A stretch of 64,000 nt of DNA, from NCBI GenBank assembly GCA_964106915.2, contig OZ066923.1; one strand, written 5' to 3'. Source of the stretch: Podarcis gaigeae. Taxonomy: Eukaryota. The notes under the pieces are model-generated. The model saw only the letters and a list, made by a program, of their open reading frames with translations, made no database searches and was not told the DNA's origin. Both the position numbers and the translations under genes were made by a program. Position 1 is the first letter of the stretch. Every line of letters begins with the position of its first letter. This document shows, in pieces, positions 13,196-26,310 of this stretch.

Positions 13196-14419
13196 AACTA
13201 AATGTAACAAAAAATAGTACATTTCTAGCTGCACTGGGTGGTGAATTTAGCTGTGCAGGTGGGGTTGATGTCTTGGACTGAAGATAATTGTTTTAAATTA
13301 TTGCTCTAGTGCATTTTTTTCCCTTGCCAAAACCCCCAGCTACTATAAAGATCTATCTCATTGTCAGTTTGATGACAAATACTCAGGTGACACACAGGAA
13401 GCAGATTCTGTTCCTGCACTGCACAGCGTTCCCACTCTAAGAATCTCTCCTTTAACAAATGTTTTGAGGAGCAGTGAGTATAGAAGAAAACCAAGAATAT
13501 TCAGATTTATTTTGCACATTGCCTGGCAGCAAGTCAGACTGCTGACTAGTCTTAGAGTCATCACTTTTATCCGTCTGTTGCATTCCCCAGATACAATTCT
13601 ACCCATCCTTGCTAATTAGCAGAATTCTTGCTCTCAAACAGGTAGCCTTAATACATTTTAAATAAGGCCTGGGCAGATTCACGTCTCTTTGTCTTTCCTA
13701 CTCGTGCAGTGTTCATATGATCCACAAGGCATAAATGTGAAGATGTCCTGAACCATGCAGCAGCCTTGACATAAATCAAAGGCAGCTGGGATAATTTGGC
13801 CTAAGCCATCTGAATTTGAGAGAAAGAAAATGATACATTTATTACCAAAAAAGAAAAATAAAGGGAGGCCTTTAAGCCAAGGATAGTCTAGATGGCCAAT
13901 CATTGTGCCTAACAATCATTACAAAACCAGTAACCAAGGTGCTAAAAAACAGAATAGTCCTAAACAGCAATTCCTGTAATAGAATCACAACAGAACAGCT
14001 GAGCTTTTGTAATGGATTAGAGATTCAGAGTCAGAGGTAAAAAGTAAGTTAGCAGTGGAATCTACAAGCCACTTGAAAGCAACATATTTTGATTCTTAAG
14101 GGCAAATATGTGGTACTGTGGGGACTTCATTAAATGGCTTGTGACTGATAGTCAAACTCGTATGTAAGTCTGCTGTTAGAAACCTAACAGTGCTTTGTAC
14201 TCATTTATCCTTTTTGTTTCCATGTTCCTTATCTTGTGATATGTTTAACATTTTAATGCTGTATCTTATCCTTATATTCTTATGTAACAAGTGAATGCCT
14301 TCAATTCTTTTATGTAAACAGCATCTAGGGCTGCCACCTCTAGCCTTAGATGGGGTTCTTTCATCAAATAAAGTCTAAAAACCTAATAAGTGGGGTGAAG
14401 GGAAAGAATGAGCCTTGTG

Positions 14420-14560
14420 ACAACATAAGAGACCAACACATTTATTTTGGTGAAGGCTGACACCAAATGTTGCACCACAATGAACGTGCTCGCCTTTAAG
14501 GTTCTATGCGACTTTCTGTTGTTTTGCTGCAACATGGACTTAACACAGCTAACCTTCTTA
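14420..14560. mobile_element. Old Penelope-like element remnant
   Basis: ctttaaggttcta...ttgttttgctgcaacatggacttaacacagctaac resembles the Penelope end at 38695-38760. Confidence 0.45.
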
Positions 14561-14884
14561 AAGCTATTGCACAGGGGTCTGTGATTAAACTAAGTACCTA
14601 CTAGTCTACTGACACGGGAATCTCGTTGAGGGGTAGAGGTGGCAACCTTGTTGGCATAATTTTGGCAAACACTGAAATGAGCCCTTACGTGGAGTTTGTT
14701 TTGTTTTTAAATTGGGTATGATCTACTCTTAAATTATGCATGATGATTTCAGACAGAAAGAGAGAGCTAAGCACATGCTTAAATCTCATTCACTGAAATC
14801 AATATGCCTTAAAAATGCTTAAAATTGGTTGGAACATGCTCTTTATATCTAATTTATTTTATTAAGGATATGTTTCAGCTAGGC

Positions 14885-15217
14885 CAGGGGTCTGCAACCT
14901 TTAAGACAAAAAGAGCCACTTGGACCCATTTCCGAAGAAGAAAAAAAACTGGGAGCCGCAAAACCATTGCGACATTTAAAACAAATATATCTCCAGAGCC
15001 GCGATCTGACAGCGGGTGGGAAGGTGACGTCGGGACAGTGCGTGACTAACGCACGCACCGCCCCCATGCGACATCACAGCCAGTACAGCGCCCGTCACAG
15101 TGGGGAGTGTCAGGGTGCACAATGCGCCTCCTCCCCTCGCTAGTATCCGCCCCGGAGCCGCGGCAAAGGTGTAAAAGAGCCACATGCGGCTCCGGAGCCG
15201 CGGGTTGCAGACCCCTG
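14885..15217 (+). mobile_element. Non-autonomous hAT element (333 bp)
   Basis: TIRs caggggtctgcaacc / ggttgcagacccctg; perfect 8-bp TSD AGCTAGGC. Confidence 0.92.
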
Positions 15218-18200
15218 AGCTAGGCCAATGTACCCCTCAGAATACTAGGGCTTGTTCAGAGATGAAAACATGAGCTTTGCTGCTTAAGCAGCACTACTGC
15301 AGCAGCTGCCTCTTATTCTTACCAAACATCTTTTAGAACTACAAAGATATTCTTATTAAAATTATTCCAATGAAGTACATTAATGGCTGCAATCCTATGC
15401 ATACTTACCAGGGAATAAACCCTACTGAACAAAGAGAGACTTGAAAGTAAAAAATGCATAGGACTGCACTGTTAAGCTTCTGCCCTAAGCACATTTGCTC
15501 TGACCTAAGTTCCACTGAACTCCAGGGAACATACTTCCAAGTAAATGTGTTGAGAATTTCATTTTTCTTTCTAATATATATTGCAGTTGGGGGTAGGGAG
15601 TTTATTCTTTTGAAATGTTTATTTCCAGAGCATTCAAAGTACTGAAAATTATAATTTTGGGTCGTATCAAATAATTATATTTGGAGAGTTTTAGGGAAAG
15701 AATTAAAAATTGAATGCAAAGATAATAGAGCTCCAATGCAGAGATGGTCATGAGTACCCCGCAAAGCGATGAGGTTACACGTTCCTATTTATATCAGAAG
15801 ATGAGAATGCACTTAAAACAAGTCAACACTTTGCTAAAAAAACTTGCTTACCTGGATATTACTGGTATTAGTAACATTGGACCTTAAACTTAACCTTGGC
15901 CGAGGAGTGGGACTAAAAATAACTATTGAGTAATCCTGTACTACTGAAGCCAGAAAGGGTTCAACCTGATATCTAATTCAACGAGATTACAAATGATCCT
16001 TTCTTGGTTGGTTCTTTTATGTTATTTCCTTTGTTTATAAAGGCGTCCTTTATTTCAAAATTCCAGGTACTGAGGTACTTTAGAATCCAGGTACATTAGA
16101 AGCACAGCCATTTCCTTATTTATTTCTTGCTTTAAAAATAGCCTTTTTTCTTCCTTCAAGGTTTCTTTCAGTTGTTCATTTCTATACCTAAAAGGGACAT
16201 ATATTCAGATTTTTTATTCCATATATTTAATTTTTTTTTGGTTCATATTCTGCATAAAAGAAAAAAAAAGAAAAGCAATTAATTGCATTCAGCCTTAAGG
16301 CAGAAATGCATCTAAATATGCAATATATTTAAAAGCTTGCATGATGTGATTTCATGTACCCTTTCCCATAACCCTGATGATGAAGCTGAATAATTCTTAT
16401 TTCATGAGATAGTCTTTCCCGCTTACTGCATATTGGAAATGCACGTCCAATATAACTTTCATCAAGAGACGCACGGCTTAAATCCTCATTGCATTTTAAT
16501 CTCTCTCCTGCAGAGCTCTTGATAATCCCCTCTATTAAATCTGAAGGTAACAAAGTGATAAATTGACAAGACACAAAGGAAAAAATATGTTGCTGCGAGT
16601 GGAGATAATTTGCTGTCAGACTCTGGAGGGATGGGGGCCTTGTGTTTCAATTAGTGTCTTGATATGAAGGTACATGTGCTGCTCATTATTATTATTATGC
16701 ACTGATTGTTTTGATTTTTTGCAGCATAAACAGATTTTGTTTTTATTGCAACTTTGACTTTATTATTATATCTATTTTGGAGATTTGTCAGAAGTGTTTG
16801 GTACAAATGTTAGGTGAACAATCTTGCTAACCAGCTCTGGAGGGTGGGGGGTGGGGAGAGAAAGAAGAGTGATCTAGCTTTGAAAACTTATTTCTTCAGG
16901 GGTATGGCTTTGTGCACCATATCTTTGAATAGACCTAAGTACACCTCACTAGTTATAGACCTAGTGCTTCAAACCCTGTGGTTTGACTGTTAAAGGGTTG
17001 ATTAAATCAATCCTTTATAAGTAAAGAGAGAGAACCTTAAAATCCTGATGTTTTGTGATTTTGTAATCTATGAATGTTCCCCTTTGCATGAATATCCTTA
17101 TCTAATTAACAACACGAAAGGACATACTGTGTTATACTGTATTCCAAATGGTTTTAAATAATGGTGCAGTTTGCATTAAAATACAATTTGTATACTGCTG
17201 TAAAAGTCGGCTGTTCCTAAACTAAATTGAAATTCTGTTGTAAAGCCTTTTTGAGGTTGAATGGAGTATTTCTAGATGGTGGAGGATACAGATAGATGTG
17301 CTAATTGACTTAAAGGTTGAATGTCAGAAACTTTTATTGTGTTGCAATTCTGATTTTAAGACAAGAATATTGACCAATTCTGGATTCCAAAACAACTTGT
17401 TTTGAAGGCTTTGAATTATTGCCATTGTCAAACTCTCTCCCATCCCAGTCTTGAAACTGTAGACAATCCTAGATACATTGCTTCGTGAGGGAATCATGTG
17501 CTTGAACATGTGTGGTATTATCATGCGGGTTGAATGGTTGGGAAAAGAAGACGCTCCAGAACTGAAGAAACTAAATTAGAAGCTAATATACTGATTCTTA
17601 TATCATTATGTTCCGATTAAAATTATGGTGTAATGCATAACTATCCCAGTAAATAAACTGGCCATTTTTCGTTCCTTGAACTTTGTGCTGTATCTGTATT
17701 CTTTAGTATGTCACTGTGTGTTGCTGTGGTCTGTGTGTGCCCACACCTCCGATTCTCTGACGAAAGGAAGGAAACAGGACTCTGTCTGCAAAATCATCAG
17801 ATGGCAGAATTATCCAGGATATCAAATTTTGCCTCACCCTGGTGAGAGAGCAGCAAACCTTTTTAGATTTCTCTCTTGTGTGACAGTTATTAAAAGTTTC
17901 AGGCAATAAAACTACACAGCACACTGAATTATTGTATGCATCTTAGAATGCCTGGTTTTTTTAAAAAAAGAATTTATTTGGTGCCTGAAATTTGTAAAGT
18001 AGGCAAAAGACACACCTCTTTATTGGTGGTGCCAGGACACTACCAGTGAAAAAGCACTTGGAAGGCTTTCGGAAGATGACCTTGACATAAGAACACAGGG
18101 AAGAGGCACTCCTTCTGACATCTGGATCCCAAGCCATTTAGATATTTTAAGGTAAGTACCAGCACCTTGAAATCGCTCTGGAAATGAATACATAGCGATT

Positions 18201-18517
18201 TTTGTGTGTAATATGAATAAACCTGGCTGTTGTAGTTGAATTGTGGCAGATAAATTCTTCAATAATTGGAGTTTCTAAGTTGTATTCAAGGGCAGCCTCG
18301 TGTACAATGCCTGACAGTAATCCAGCTGGGAGGTTACTGGAGCATAGATCCATCCCCTTGAGATAACTCAAGCATATTAAAGGACAAAAACCCTGGCCTG
18401 AAAATAGGCACTCCTACTCTGTTCCATAGCTGCCTGCACCCATGGACTGGTGATGCGCAGTGGAAGACCTTCAGCTCTTCAGGCTCAGAAGGTGCCCTAG
18501 GGTCTGGCCCTATAGGC

Positions 18518-18755
18518 CAGGGGTCGGCAAGGTTTATCTTGCCTGGGCCAGATTGGTCCTGTGAAGATCTCTCCGTAGGCTGGATCGTGTGTGTGTCCGC
18601 AATTTTCAGCATCTGCACGTGCGCAGACGTGATTTTTGGCACCGCGGAAGCGAGTCCCTGCACCATGCCAGTTTAGCACCGCACGCAATGCGGCTTGTGG
18701 GCCACGACCTCTGTGGGCCGCTTCTGGCCCATGGGCCTTAGGTTGCTGACCCCTG
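18518..18755 (+). mobile_element. Non-autonomous hAT element (238 bp)
   Basis: TIRs caggggtcggcaa / ttgctgacccctg; perfect 8-bp TSD CTATAGGC. Confidence 0.9.
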
Positions 18756-19224
18756 CTATAGGCCCTGGTGATCTGGGAAGTTCATCTGGGAACTTCTGTC
18801 TAACAGCCTCAGGTGCAATGGTATCCCTGTATTCAGATTCAGGGCATGGAGCTGGCTGCTGAATAAGGGATACCAACAGGTGCCCCTGCAGCCTCCAACT
18901 CAGTGCCCCACTCACTGCTAGATTCAGGAGTCACAATAATTCCTGTGATGGGGATGAGAGCTATGCATGCCACTGGCCTGTCATGCAGTCTCAGGTGCAC
19001 TGGGAGACACTATCATGCTGCCAGTGTTCAAGTAAAATCCAGTCAGCTTCTGTACTTTAAATTGAAGATGGGAATTAAGATCTTGTCCTTTGGCTTAGGA
19101 AGCAAGGGGTGCCTATTCAAAACATTTTCAAAAAACAAATAATCAAAATTCAGCATCAAGGTAACTAAAATTGTGTATAATGCTCCCCCCCACATACAAC
19201 AATCTGACTTGTGAAATATGTATA

Positions 19225-19585
19225 GGTAAAGGTAAAGGTACCCCTGCCCGTACGGGCCAGTCTTGACAGACTCTGGGGTCGTGCGCCCATCTCACTCAAG
19301 AGGCCAGGGGCCAGCGCTGTCCGGAGACACTTCTGGGTCACGTGGCCTGCGTGACATCGCTGCTCTGGCGAGTCAGAGCCGCACACGGAAACGCCGTTTA
19401 CCTTCCCACTGGTAAGCGGTCCCTATTTATCTACTTGCACTTTGATGTGCTTTTGAACTGCTAGGTTGGCAGGCGCTGGGACCGAGCAGCGGGAGCGCAC
19501 CCCGCCGCAGGGATTCGAACCACCGACCTTTCGATCGGCAAGTCCTAGGCGCTGAGGCTTTAACCCACAGCGCCACCTGCGTCCC
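19225..19585 (-). mobile_element. Sauria SINE, full length
   Basis: (ACCTTT)n tail and tRNA-related head on the minus strand; 14-bp TSD GTGAAATATGTATA. Confidence 0.95.
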
Positions 19586-20367
19586 GTGAAATATGTATAA
19601 ATTATGCATATTAAGCACTTTCCTTAAATTGCAGTCCTGCTCTGCTAGGCACAGGAGATCTAAGCAGCAGCAGAACGCTGAAACATAACCCTCTGGAAAT
19701 CCTGCTTAGTCACCATTCTGGCTTCTGAAATGTCACCTGTCAGAGTGCAGAGGCTAGGGCATACTCTCTGAACAGCTACCAACCCTAGGATGGTGAAATC
19801 AGTAAGAACAGTTCTCTTCATTGCTTAGATCACCCTGAGGAAGCCTGGCCCAGTCTTTATAACAGGGGTGAGGGAGTGTCAGCTGACCTGCTGTGGTCCT
19901 CTGTTGGTTATCTACTGTGCCTGACTTCTCTGTAGCTTCCTCACTTTGGGCAGGGACAGGTGGTGTTGCACATACTTATAATCTGTGGTTCATGTCCTGT
20001 GACCCTGACACCAGCACTCAAAGTGCTGTCTTCTAGCCAATTTTGCAACAGAGACCTAGGCAGGATGGTCACAGCTTTGCAAATAGTTTCTGGAATTGTT
20101 TTGGAGCTAAATACCTGCTTATATCCCAGTTGGACATTGTGAGACCAGGAGGCTGGACTACATGGGCCAGAAAAATAGAAACCACCTATTATTTATTTCA
20201 CATTTCTAACCAGCCCTTCATACCCAAAGGGGGAGCCAAGGGCAGTCACAAGAATAGAATAAGCAATTAAAAACAGCAGAAGAGACCTTTTGGGTCAGAC
20301 CAAAGGCCCATCTAGTCCAGCATCTTGTTCTCTCAGTGGCCAAATAGATGCCTGCAGGGAGAACTTG

Positions 20368-20538
20368 AGCATAGCTGTCAACTTTCAGATTTGAAAATAA
20401 GGCATCAGCAGCATAGCTGTCAACTTTCAGATTTGAAAATAAGGGATCAGCAGCATAGCTGTCAACTTTCAGATTTGAAAATAAGGGATCAGCAGCATAG
20501 CTGTCAACTTTCGGATTTGAAAATAAGGGCTCAGCAGC
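20368..20538 (+). repeat. 42-bp tandem repeat x4
   Basis: Unit agcatagctgtcaactttcagatttgaaaataagggatcagc, 0-2 mismatches per copy; lies within a CR1 3' remnant (about 20280-20670). Confidence 0.95.
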
Positions 20539-20698
20539 CTCATCTGTCCTGCAGACAGTCTACGGGATATCTAACAATCCGGGATAGTAGCGGGAAATGG
20601 CGCTGGAATGAGGGAACTTCCCGCCAAAAAAGTGCAACAGCAACTGTCCCCACCTGCAGTTCTCAGCAACTCTTATTCAGATGCATATTTGCCTAGAC

Positions 20699-20906
20699 CA
20701 GGGGTCTGCAACCTTTAAGACAAAAAGAGCCACTTGGACCGAAGAAAAAAAACTGGGAGCCGCAAAACCATTGCGACATTTAAAACAGTGGGGAGTGTCG
20801 GGGCACACAATGCGCCTCCTCCCCTCGCTAGTATCCGCCCCGGAGCCGCGGCAAAGGTGTAAAAGAGCCCACATGCGGCTCCGGAGCCGCGGGTTGCTGA
20901 CCCCTG
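20699..20906 (+). mobile_element. Non-autonomous hAT element, internal-deletion derivative of the 14885 family
   Basis: Same TIRs and interior as 14885-15217 but 125 bp shorter; TSD GCCTAGAC. Confidence 0.92.
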
Positions 20907-21239
20907 GCCTAGACAGTGGAGGAATAGGTATTTCAGACAGCAGTAAAAACAGCAGTGTAAGAACCAAAAACCTGAAGAATAATAATAAACCGAAGATTGG
21001 AAATGGCTTCATTATTTCCACCATTTCCTTGGACTAAACAGTGGGCCGAAATGGGAACGAAAGGACAGAGAAGCACGGTGCAATGTCTGGCTGTTAATCA
21101 GAAGGTAAGGTGGTTAGCTGTGGGCCAGAATCCTGCGCTGCAGTGGGTTGGACTAGATGCCCCTTAGGCATCTATATTATCGATTCTATGATATCAAGTG
21201 GAATCAAGTGGCATCATATTAAGTAGGCGCCCCCTTCCT

Positions 21240-22380
21240 AGGCACTCGCGGAAGTCAATCCAACGGAGCTCAGCCGGGATTTACCGCAGAGTAAACCGAG
21301 TCGAGCTGCAACAACCCTGACATATGAGCCCGCTTAAAAAGGCCGCGTGAAATCCGCCCGCGGCCGACAGGCTCTCCGGGGCTGCAACTCGAGCAGAACT
21401 TTCGTAACAGCAGCGCGCGGCTGCCCCGCCTGAGGAGGAAGGGCGGGCTCTTCTCACCTGGCAGGTGAAGGAGCTCAGAGCGGAGAGTGCGCGCGCCTGC
21501 GGCGGAGGCAAGGTAACGCCGGCCAGGCGCGCGCTTTTGGCGCCCGGCCAGATTTGAGCGGGAATTTCGAGGCGGCCGCAAATCTCTGCGCGCCTCTCTT
21601 TCCTCCTCCTCGCGGGCGGCGTCTGGCGCTCGGGCAGAGTTGCGACACCAGGCGGGGCAAAGAGGCAGGCGGTGGTTTTCTCCGCCTCCCTATCTCCCGA
21701 CGCCCCTTCCAGCTTTGCAAAGCGCCCCACAGAGCAGCCGGAGGAGCAAGTGGCAGCAGCCGCCGACCTCCCTCAGCCGAACCTGTAGGGGGCGTGGGAA
21801 ATGGCCGTGGCCATTCCTGTCAGGGGCTGAGGAAGGGCGGCTCTCTGCCCGCTGCCTGGCGTCTGGTCTCTCTCTGCCCCCTTTCCTCACTTGCGCAGCC
21901 GGCGGCGAGAGGGGAAGATGGAGGGGCCCGAGAGCATGGGCTTCAGGCGGGTGGCCATCCGGAGGAAATCCAGCCCCAGCCTCAGCAGCAGCGCCTTGGT
22001 CTTCTCCCAGGCCGCCGCCGCCGCTTCGCCTCTTTCCCACCCGGAGAGGAGGAGAGACGTTGCCAGGGAAGCGGCGCCAACAGCGGCAGCAGCAGGTACA
22101 ACTCCGGCTTCACCTTTGGGCTCTGAGCCGGGACCTCCCTTCCCTTCCCTCTCCTTTCCTTCCTGCGGTTTGTTGGCTGTCCTGGCGTGGCCCGTTCCGC
22201 CCAGCAGCTTCGGGTCTAAGGTCGCGCCGAGGGAAAAGTAAAGTGCAGCAGGAGTTGGAAAGCCGTACTCTGCAAAACTGCAGCTGGGCTATCTCCCCCC
22301 ACACACCGGGGAAGACCCTGCGGCCAAACTTGCAGAAGTTGCTGCGGGGTAGCCCTCTCGCAGCAAAATCGACGATAGTA
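21240..22380. promoter_or_regulatory. CpG island / FGD4 promoter
   Basis: Sharp rise in GC and CpG density around the first exon; GC-box-like (gggcggg, ggcgggg), E2F-like (ttttggcgc, gcgggaat) and GCGC-rich motifs. Confidence 0.85.
21918..22095 (+). CDS. FGD4: FGD4 (frabin, Cdc42 GEF) first coding exon of the long isoform
   Basis: Strong Kozak aagATGg; MEGPESMGFRRVAIRRKSSPSLSSS...PTAAAA(G). FRRVAIRRKS matches the recalled N-terminus of the long human FGD4 isoform; phase-1 donor CAG|gtacaa; FGD4 follows BICD1 in amniote gene order. Confidence 0.85.
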
Positions 22381-22479
22381 TTGTACTATTGCAAATATAC
22401 ATGCACTCATAGATCAACATAAAGTTTAGACTTCAATATGTTGTAAGGTGTGGTGTCCCTGGCCAGAGGCAGAAATGCT

Positions 22480-22615
22480 TCTGAGTAATAGTCGTTGGAA
22501 ACTGCAGGAGGGAATAGATCTCTCTTGCAGGCTTCCCACAGACATCTGGTCGGCCACTGTGAGAACAGGATGCTGGAGTAGACAAGACCATTGGCCTGAT
22601 CCAGCAGGCTCTTGC
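22480..22615 (+). mobile_element. CR1 LINE 3' UTR fragment
   Basis: ggccactgtgagaacaggatgctggagtagacaagaccattggcctgatccagcaggctct, typical squamate CR1 3' end. Confidence 0.65.
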
Positions 22616-23398
22616 AATATTTTTTTTTTTTTGAAGGACCAGCTGCATTTTACTGCAGAATCCCTTGCTGATACAGTGTTCCCATACACACCCTCTCGCT
22701 TTGTATAAACCTGGCTGAATTCTTAAGTAAACTTGTTTACGATCATGTTCTGTGTCCTCCCCACTTTAGGTATGGAAAAAGAGGAGGGAGCTCCATGTTT
22801 TGTTTTTGTCTGATATTGGTGCCATTGCATGTTTGGGATGAAGTTTTGTGCAAGTATACTTTCACAATTCTAAGGTGGTTTTAACTCTCGCCCACTGAAA
22901 GATGAAAGAAGTTTCTTCTTATGCCAATTGCATGTTTTTAATTTAAGGTGCTTACTTTTTCTAACTTGTGTGGAACACTTTTTTCTATCAAAATAGTGTG
23001 AAAATGTGTTATTGTCTATATGATTCTATTTTGCAGTGTTAGTCCTATGCATGTAAACTTTAAAGTTCTGCTTTCTTTCCTGGTAAAGAGGACTTGAAAT
23101 AAAAATTCCCCATCCCTCTCACACCTGAGCACACCTGCTTGTTTTCAGTGAGCAAACCATCTAGAACCAACAAAGATATCAGTGGAAGATACTTTCTGCA
23201 CTCTAGATAAATGAACATAATGGATGCAGAGATCCTCTGAGCAATCATAGGTTTCTATGCCAGGGTAGCCAACATGCTGACCTCCAGACGCTGTGGACTA
23301 CAACTCCCATCTTCCACCATTGGCCATGCTGGCTGACACTGAGGGGAGATAGAATCCAACAATATTTGGAGGGCCACCGGTGAGCCACAGTCGCTGTA

Positions 23399-23635
23399 CA
23401 GTGGTACCTCAGGTTCCATGTGCTTCAGGTTACATACGCTTCAGGTTACAGACTCCGCTAACCCAGAAATAGTACCTCAGGTTAAGAACTTTGCTTCAGG
23501 ATGAGAACAGAAATCATGCTTCAGCGGCAGCAGCAGGAGGCCCCATTAGCTAAAGTGGTGCTTCAGGTTAAGAACAGTTTCAGGTTAAGAACGGACCTCC
23601 AGAACGAATTAAGTACTTAACCCGAGGTACCACTG
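23399..23635 (+). mobile_element. Tc1/pogo-type MITE
   Basis: TIRs cagtggtacctc / gaggtaccactg, TA TSD on both sides. Confidence 0.92.
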
Positions 23636-24206
23636 TACAGAAAGCTTTCCTTCTAGGGAGGTGCTAATCTTGTAGAGTGCTGGCAAAAGCTTTGGTGAAC
23701 AGCTGCTGGAAGTGGTTTTTGTGTATGCGTGTTAAAGGAAGAAGCACTGTGCCCATTAAGGATAAGATACTTGCTGAGTAGCTTCTTTTTATCTACTTGT
23801 GAAAGGTAAACTAGATCTTTTAAAAAATCACTCAATTTAACTGCATGACATCAGTTCCATGTTGGATGAAAATAAACAAAATGGGCATGAGTGCAAATAT
23901 TTGTTTCATGTAAGGCGTTTGGAAATATGTAAACTATTTAGGTTATTGCTAGGGGGCAGAGAATTTTCACGAAAGCAGCAGTACTGCATCCAGAGTGCTG
24001 GATAGCTTAGAGCGTGGGGGACTATTCTGTTTGTGTATTTCCTGTTTAAACAGATGGTAATGCTGATTTATAGATTTTTATTTACAGCATCCTCTTTGTG
24101 GGTTGCTGCTTTGTTTTTGCCTAGTAAAGAGCTGTAAAAATGGGAATGGCAAATATGTATATATTGAGAGAAAGGGAGCATAATACATACATCTGTAACA
24201 CAAAGA

Positions 24207-24380
24207 ATCCCCGCAATGGGGTGAGCTCCCGTTGCTCTGTCCCAGCTCCTGCCAACCTACCAATTTGAAAGCATACTGGTGCAAATAGAAAAATAGGTAC
24301 TGCTCAGACTGAAAAGTGAGATGAGCGCCACATCCTATAGTCGCCTTTGACTGGACTTAACCATCCAGGGGTCCTTTACC
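24207..24380 (+). mobile_element. Sauria SINE, 5'-truncated and internally deleted
   Basis: ggtgagctcccgttgctc...gagatgagcgcc...gtcctttacc; 10-bp TSD AACACAAAGA. Confidence 0.85.
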
Positions 24381-25164
24381 AACACAAAGAAAGTTGCTCA
24401 AGTTTGAGAAACATTGAATTGAGAATGGAGATCACAGTGAACAAAAATCAGAATTGGTTGCACATTGATGGATAAGTGGTCCTGGAAATTCCTATGTCAG
24501 GTTAACCTCATATGAATAGTTGCCATGATGTGTGAGAATCCATAGGTTTCCAGGTAATCTACTTAGCTTTTGGTCAGTGGCCAAACTGGTTCAGAGTTTG
24601 AGGTAGAAAGTATATGGATGGAGGCACTTGTGAGCCAGCATGAGTAGCAGCAAAGCCATATCACACTGGCCAGTCCTTTTTGCCTGCCCACTAGTTGCCT
24701 AGTACCAAAGCAAGATACAAGGAGAAGGAAGTTCGTTCTGATTTCTCATGGTAAAAAGGTATTGTCTTAAAGAAGTGAGTGCAAATTAGATTAAATGCTC
24801 TTTTGTATCATGGGTCGAGGTACATTTGGGATGTATGTAGGGGGATAAGACGAGTTCAGATTATATAAAACTGCATATCTTCAAGACGCTGCTTACCTTC
24901 AATGTGATACTTCCACTATCAGGCCCTCCAGTCAAGACAGCCACATGATGTTTAAATTAATAGTCATTTCAGAAGAAAACCGAACATATTTTCCAAAAGA
25001 AAGGAAAAAAAATCATTTTCTAAGGAAAACGTAGCCTTTGTGCTTACGGAGAATCCTTCCTCACTTCACAAACATGGGTAGCTTCTGGTAATATCTATGA
25101 AACTACATGCTTGGTAGTGATTTCATTATTTGCTGGAGTGCTAAGCAATAGAAAAAAGATTCTA

Positions 25165-25390
25165 TAAGACTAGGGCTCGTGAACATCCAGTGAAGCTGAA
25201 TGTTGGAAGATTCAGGAAAGGTAAAAGAAAGTACTTCTTCATGTACTGCATAGTTAAATTGGGGAACTTTGATGGCTTTAAAAGAAGACTGGGCAAATTC
25301 CTGGAGGAGAGGGGTGGTGATAGTTACTAGCCATGATGGCTGCTCTCTGCTAGGAACTTGTAAGTATTGGAGGTGTGGAACAGGAAACAT
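25165..25390 (+). mobile_element. CR1 LINE ORF2 end / 3' fragment
   Basis: gaagctgaatgttggaagattcagg...gatggctttaaaagaagactgggcaaattc. Confidence 0.7.
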
Positions 25391-26175
25391 ACTGCAAATG
25401 CAGTAGGGTAGAGCATTTTGGTTAATCACTACCATTAATGGGCTGCGCACAGAAAACCAGTTTCAAAGTACAAAAGTAGCAATACCAATTCCTGTTATAA
25501 ACAAAATTGCTAGTAGGACTTTTAAACAATAGGGACCACAGCTCAGTGGAGCAGATTTGCCTGAAATGCTGTTTCCCCTGTCTGCAGTGGATTCTCTTTA
25601 TTGCCTATAAGCACCAGCTACTGCAGTGATACCCCTCTGCAAAGGGAACCAGAAGACTATCTGTATTCAGTTCAGTGCTTCCTGCAGCATGGGAAAAAGC
25701 AGCAAGAAAAGCTGCATTTGTTCTTCATTTGTTGCTGTGTTTATCTAATGTTTCTTATATTGTTGTTGCTATCTATTTGTGAAAGCTTTCAGTAGACTAA
25801 TTTGTTACTTCAGTAATACAGTGCTGAGATTGTTCATGTTTTATGATATGAAATTGGAAGCTCTAAACTAAGTACATAAACTGGTGTGAATTAACCTCCC
25901 CCTCCATCCCTCTCCTCCACTGCAGCGAAGAGAATAAATACCTTTGGGCACAAGCTGTCCTGCTGGGAATGATTTGCTGCTCACTGCTGTGCTCTTGACT
26001 GAAACACATTGATGAGTAATTTTGTTCTTGCATTGGTTAATGTAAAGAATGACTGAGCTGAATGTGGTGTATGTGTAAAATACATTTTCCAAAAGATAGT
26101 CCTTGATAAAATTTTATAATAAAAAGCATCATGCAACAGAAAGAAATACATATATTCTATAGTCACATGCAATAT

Positions 26176-26310
26176 ATCATAGAACTATAGAGTTGGAAGG
26201 GGACCACGAGGGTCAACCCCCTGCAATGCAGGAATCTTTTGCCCAACGTGGGACTTGGACACACAACCCTAGATTAACAGTCTTGTGTTCAGCCAGCTGA
26301 GTTACCCAAG
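26176..26310 (-). mobile_element. tRNA-Lys-headed, CR1-tailed short SINE
   Basis: Same organisation as 28388-28530, more diverged. Confidence 0.7.

Noticed and set aside
20325-20696. ORF with HSCQLSDLKIRDQQ repeats, or a CRISPR-like array
   Set aside because: The units are contiguous with no spacers; the frame is open only because 42 is divisible by 3; no ATG start and a eukaryotic TE context.
21270-22422. Long overlapping ORFs (up to 260 aa) in the CpG island
   Set aside because: Expected from stop-codon scarcity in GC-rich DNA; only 21918-22095 has a Kozak start, donor and recognisable homology.
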